DNA of 63,036 bases, filler included, from Chrysochromulina tobinii (Eukaryota): the NCBI GenBank assembly GCA_001275005.1. It is 12 parts of 12 records of this genome, joined end to end, with 100 filler letters (N's around TTAATTAATTAA, not from the genome) between each part and the next. Parts side by side here need not be neighbours in the genome. Positions count along the whole stretch, not along the records: positions 56,233 to 61,216 come from JWZX01000042.1; positions 61,317 to 63,036 come from JWZX01000046.1; 10 more parts are not named here. One strand, written 5' to 3'. The notes under the pieces are model-generated. The model was not told where the DNA came from and ran no database searches. It was given only the letters and a program-made list of their open reading frames with translations. How positions within the stretch are numbered: the first letter of the stretch is position 1; every line of letters begins with the position of its first letter. This document shows, piece by piece, positions 57,826-63,036 of the stretch. The translations under genes and the position numbers were made by a program.

Positions 57826-60800
57826 TCACAACATTTCACTCGCTCCGGTCCACGGAGCCCCGGTAGTGCTCGACCTGCGCGGCTCGTACTGCCGAATGGT
57901 GCCGCGCTCGAGATCTCGAACGAGGCTCGCGAACTCGATCACGTCGAGCTTGCCGTTGGGCGTGTCGTCGTACTTGAGCACGACCTGATGAGGGATGTCA
58001 TCAGAGGCCATCAGAGGCCATCAGGGGCCATCAGTGGTCACTTAGAGGCGATCAGAGGTCACTTAGAGGCGATCGGAGGTCGCGTAGAGGACACTCAGAG
58101 GTACAATCAGTGGTCCGAAGGCGCGGCTGCCATACCGCGGCGGCATCGGCCTCGGAGGCGGCAAAGCCGTAATGGCGTAGCGCATCACGCAGCTCATGGT
58201 AGTCGAGAAATCCGCTCCTGTTCGCATCAAACTGGTCAAAGGTCTCCCGTACGCGCGGAGGCACCGCGATGGGGGCGCTCGATCGAGAGCCGCCAGGGAC
58301 CCACCAGATATGGAGCAGCACGGTCCCCTGATGAGGGAGGTCATCAGAGACGTCATCAGAGACGTCATCAAAGAGGCCATCAAGGAGGTCATCAGAAAGG
58401 CTACCAGACAAGGAGCGGAACGATCCCCTGCTCGACGTGGCGCTCGGAGAGCTCGCGTAGCCCGCACAATCAGTGGCAATCATGGGCCATCAATGGCAAT
58501 CAGCGCACCTGCTCGAGGAGGGACTTCTGATGAGGGACACAATCACATGCCATCAGAGGCAATCAGCGCACCTGCTCGAGGAGGGACTTCTGATGAGGGA
58601 CACAATCACATGCAATCAGAGGCCATCAGCGCACCTGCTCGATAAGGCGCACGGTGAGCTCGTGAAGCCCGCGACCTCGCAGCTCGAGATCGCGCAGCTC
58701 GACGGAGGCGTGGCCGAGCTTGTCGTCTCGATATTGGCCGAGCAGTGGGGCGGGCGCGTCCCACACCTGCCGCGACGAGGTCGTTGCAATCAGAGGTCAT
58801 CACGCACCGCGTAGCTGCCACCCGAGGCAATCCGCAATCAGAGGCCATCAGAGGCCATCAGAGGCAATCCGAACGCAATCAGAGGCCATCAGAGGCCATC
58901 AGAGGCAATCCGAACGCAATCAGAGGCCATCAGAGGCCATCAGAGGCAATCCGAAAGCAATCCGAGGCCATCAGAGGCCATCCGAGGCCATCCGAGGCCA
59001 TCCGAACGCAATCAGAGGCCATCCGAGGCCATCAGAGGCCATCCGAACGCTCATCAGTCATCAGCCATCAGCCATCAGCCATCAGTCATCAGTCATCAGC
59101 CATCAGTCATCACCTGTAGCTGCAGCGGCTCCGCGAGCAGCTCGCGCAGCGTGCCCTTGAACATGAAAGTCTCCTCCCACACCGGATCGTTCGTCTTCTT
59201 GCATGTCTTCGAGCGGTGCGTCCTCTCTCCGAGCGAGAGACGCACATACGGATCCGACTGTGAATGGCCGCTGTGAATGTCCGACTGACCGTCAGAGTCG
59301 ACCGACTTGAGGCCAGTCGCGCGCACGAGCCTCGCGTAGAGCGTACCGCTCTGCTCCATGGACTCCTCTCTCGTCGGCGAGCGTCGTGTCGAGCGTCCCG
59401 GAGGCGGTGCCGCGCCCGTTGCCGTCGCGCCGTCGCCGTAACCGTCGCCGTCGCCGCCAGCACCCGGCGCAGCGGCCCGACCGCCGCCGAGACTGCACCT
59501 CGTATCTCCGAGCACCTCGTAATCTCGCCCAGATCTCGCCCGATCTCGACCGTAATCTCGCCCGAGATCTCGCTCGTGATCTCGCTCGTGATCTCGCGCC
59601 TCGGCGGGCGTCTCGGCGCGCGTCGCGGCGCCCGGCGCGGCGCCCGAGCGCCGTATCGTGCAGCCGGCGCTCACCGAGTACGGCGCCGTCACGGGCGCGG
59701 CCTCCCACCGCGGCAGGTTGGCATGCCTGCGCTGGGCGTCGAGCGGCGAGCGGTACGTGGACGGGATTGTCGACGAGCTCCCACTGGCCAGGCTCGTGCG
59801 CGGCGGGGGGCTGCACAGACGACTGGTACCCTTGCCAGACAGGCTGGATGAGTACTCCGCGCCCGCTACGGCGCTGGTACGGCGCTGTGAAGACTCGTAT
59901 GGGCCCGTCGTCGCCTCGCTGTGAAGACTGGTACGGCGCTGTGAAGACTCGTATGGGCTCGTCGCCTCGCTGCCGCTGTACGCGCCCCAACCGCCCGCGC
60001 CGCCCGAGCCGCTGCCATACAGGCTGCTGCTGCTGCCGCCGCTGTGACCGTAGCGCTCCTTCATCGTGAGCAGCCATTTGTCATGCGCTGCCCCGCGCCG
60101 GGCAGGCGAGCGAAGGGCGAGGGGGCCGGCGTAACCGCCAACGCCGCCGTAACCACCGAGGCCGCCGAGGCCGTCGGCGCCGTAGCTGGAAGCCTGGCGC
60201 CGCTCCCGCGTCCAGAGGGCGTACCTGTGGGGAAGTGGCGGGCGCGTCGTGGTGAGCACTTGCATGCGCGCGGGGGGGCGGTGCGGGTCCAGCGTGCGTA
60301 CCAGAGGGCCATCGGGCGGAAGCAGCAGCAGCAGCAGTATTCACACCACTGTGCCCATGGGATAAGGCTGCGTCCGTCATCGAGCGACGCCGTGATCAAC
60401 CCAATGCCACCACCACCGCCGCCGCCGTCGATCTCGGCCGCGCTGCCGTAGAGGGCGCCTACACACAGGCAGGTGAGCACCAGCCCGAGGACGAGCCCGA
60501 GCAGCAGAGCCTCGGACAGCCACCACGTGTGGCAGCCGAGCACGGGCAAGCAGACCATGGGCGCGGGCGGCGGCGGGCTCTGCGGCGGCGCCGGCGGCTT
60601 CGGCGAGGGCGGCGGCGAGGGCGGCGAGGGCAGGGCGTCGCAGGCACACGAGGCTCGATAGCGCATCGCGAGGCGCGCCGAGCTCTCGCCGGGCAAGCAA
60701 TCCCACGAGCGCCCATCTGGGAAGTAGACGAACGCCGCCGGCCCTTCGAACGCCGCCGCACGTTGACAGCTTTGGTCGAGGGAGTCGGTGGTCAGGTAGT

Positions 60801-61216
60801 CGAGCAGCCCATAACGGCGCGAGACGGCGTCCACGACGGCGCGTGACGACCCCCGAGCAAGGGTGATCGAGAGGTCGAGCGCGGCCGCATTCAGGCCGCA
60901 CACGTCCGTGCACGCCTCGCCCGGCTCGCCGAGCACCCAGCAGAAACCACTCGAAAGGATGCCCGCGCACGGCGCCACCGGCGGCATCGAGGGGATCGGC
61001 GGCGGCGGCTCGGGCGGCGGCGCTCGGGGCGGCGCTGGCGGCCACGGGCTGGGCGAGGGCGGTGGCGGCCCCTTGGGCGGCGAGGGCGGCGGAATCGGCG
61101 GCGCCGGCGGTGAGGGCGGCGGAAACGGCGGAAACGGCGGACACGGTGGTGAGGGCGGCGGCGCCGGCGGGTCCGGAGGGTACGGCGGCGGCGCGGGCGG
61201 CGGTGGCGGGTGCGGC
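57826..61216 (-). CDS. Multi-exon membrane protein: Pro-rich ectodomain, TM, Cys string, C2 domain, EF-hand pair; 5' truncated
   Basis: LVRATGLKSVD...SDPYVRLSLG...SKTCKKTNDPVWEETF C2; FDANRSGFLDYHEL and YDDTPNGKLDVIEF EF-hands. Introns 60225-60301, 58767-59113, 58328-58634 and 57985-58135 keep the frame. Confidence 0.82.
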
Positions 61217-61316
61217 NNNNNNNNNNNNNNNNNNNNNNNNNNNNNNNNNNNNNNNNNNNNTTAATTAATTAANNNNNNNNNNNNNNNNNNNNNNNNNNNN
61301 NNNNNNNNNNNNNNNN

Positions 61317-62110
61317 GACGTGGGAGGTGGCGCCGACGCGGTGGAACCCGAGAGCTCGATTGGTGGTGACAGAGGCAGCTGCGGACGGGGCAGGTGGAGC
61401 TGGGGCTGGCGGAGTAGGATTGGGGTCCGGGGGCGCCGCCAGAGGTTGGGGAGGAGCCATCGGAGCATTCGGAGGCGAGAAGCCAGGAGAAGGAGCTGTC
61501 GTAGGCGAAGGGGGCGAGGCAGATGCCACCAGACCCAATCCGGGCGGCGGAAGCGCCATGGAAGGTGACAGCGTGGAGGTCGGCGAGGCGGGCAAGGTTG
61601 CGGAGGCGAGAGTGGGAGAGGAGCTCGCGGCCGGCCCGAGGTGTGCCATGCTGACCATCGAGAGAGATGGCAGGCGACGGCCGGTGAGGTACGGGAAGCG
61701 CGACCCGTTGGGCAGGTGGAGAGAGCGGCTGTCGGCAAATCGGGCGTCGATGCGCTGCTCCTGCCAGAGCTGCGTGACCGACAGCAGCGTGTAGTGGAAG
61801 TCCGGAACGCACCGCACGTTGCGGAACACGACAGTGTGTGGATGGCCAAGGTGGTCGCGGATCGTGACGGGCATGTCGCCGATGCAGGTGGCAGAGGTCA
61901 CGGTCCCGTCGGCGGAGGAGAATTTCTCGTCGCACGGGCGCACGTTGATGAGCGCGCGGTGGTGCGGCGTGAGCGAGCCGGTGCAGCCGGAGTCCACGGC
62001 ACCAATGATGACGAGGTCTGTGGATGTGCGAGCTCCACGGAGCTCGGCGGCCGTGAGCTTGTCCGAGGCGAGGAGGACACGCTCCGTCGCGCCATCGAGA
62101 GGCGGAAGCC
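61317..62110 (-). mobile_element. Ty1/Copia pol fragment (aspartic protease region)
   Basis: AVDSGCTGSLT...SADG...IGDMPV...FRNVRCVPDFHYTLLSVTQL matches the Copia protease pattern. Confidence 0.85.
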
Positions 62111-63036
62111 ATTGCCCGCGGTAGGGCAGGTCGACCGTCGAAGGCGCGATGAGGCGGAAGAGAGGCGAGCGGGCGGCATTGTGCGGGGAAACTGGTGCCG
62201 AGACGGCGCTTTGCCGGCCGGCAAAACGCGGTAAATAGGTCGTAGCGAAACGAAAGCGTTGTGTTGGAGAATTTTCGCCTCGCCACGACAAAAAGTCCCT
62301 CCGCACCCTCAACGAAGGCGCACGCTTCATATGCGCCTGGTGCGGGCCGATGTCGGTGCTGTGCGAGGAGCGAGAACCCGAGACGTACAAGTCGACGCAG
62401 TGCGCGAAGTCGCTCAACATCGACGTCGACAACTTCCAGACGTACGTTCGTTGCACCTCGTGCGACTGCTTCGGCATCGAGGGCAGCCGTCAGAGACGAG
62501 TACGACGTGGAAGTGCCCGACGAGCTCGACTACGAGCTCGGCGTTTGGGCGTAGCTCCGCCATGCTCCTTGGCAAGCACGGCTCGCCGAGTCGAAGCGCA
62601 CGGGCAGTCTGGCACGAAGCTGCAGTCGCCCATGACGATCGCGCATTGTTGCGTGTGCGAGTCCTGCGACATCAAGGAGCGCGACGAGGTCCCCAGCGCA
62701 TCCCCGAGCACGTGAAGGTTCTCGGCGCCAACACCGACAAGATGGATACCTTCGTCAGTGAGGTAATCCCGTGTCTGCCTGATGTCATTGCTTGCGAGCT
62801 TCCATGCGAGTGCAGCGCTACAGCTCCCGTGCCCACACACAACGTGTGTGGGCACGGGAGCCGCCTTTTCGTGCCCTTGTTCCCCCTCGCAGGTGGCCTT
62901 CTCCTTCACCACCACCATCACCGCCGCCGCCATCTCCGCCTCCACCCTCGCCTCCGCCATCGCCCCTTCCACCGGTACCGCCTCCGCCGTCACCGACCAC
63001 CGTCCCACCGCCGTCGCCCCCACGCCGTCGCCGTCC

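Noticed and set aside
3144..61316. Recurring TTAATTAATTAA within N-runs as a biological repeat, and gene neighbourhoods across these gaps
   Set aside because: Artificial concatenation linker; adjacency across gaps carries no information.
62350..63036. Short Cys-containing and Pro-rich ORFs
   Set aside because: Fragmentary and frame-broken or low-complexity; cannot assign.

Overview
This window is not one locus. It is 12 unrelated contig fragments of a GC-rich, intron-containing eukaryotic genome, joined by 11 artificial 100-nt spacers (N44-TTAATTAATTAA-N44) at 3144-3243, 10998-11097, 14811-14910, 23379-23478, 25395-25494, 27384-27483, 41119-41218, 43077-43176, 47253-47352, 56133-56232 and 61217-61316. 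High GC, bipartite-looking plastid presequences and introns filled with CTGA-containing tandem repeats suggest a haptophyte alga (Chrysochromulina-like; inference). Host genes include a tandem-SpoVS protein, a COG0523/CobW GTPase, a class I fumarate hydratase, a NEK kinase, YebC/TACO1, a CRAL-TRIO protein, RING, PHD and ankyrin proteins, a metallophosphoesterase, a methyltransferase and a C2/EF-hand protein. Mobile DNA is abundant: CRE-like and RNase H/chromodomain non-LTR elements, DIRS/Ngaro-like and Copia fragments, and satellites. The best candidate for an undescribed system is at about 17.3-23.4 kb. There an intact-looking KDZ (Kyakuja-Dileera-Zisupton) transposase with an inserted chromodomain sits head-to-head with a spliced DUF3987-like P-loop ATPase gene, with a perfect 56-bp palindrome between them. 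Other notable items are an intron holding a diverged copy of its own spliced junction, a circularly permuted HAD phosphatase, a short TACCGG-targeting element and several unusual domain fusions. All family calls come from motif recognition by eye; no database search was run.
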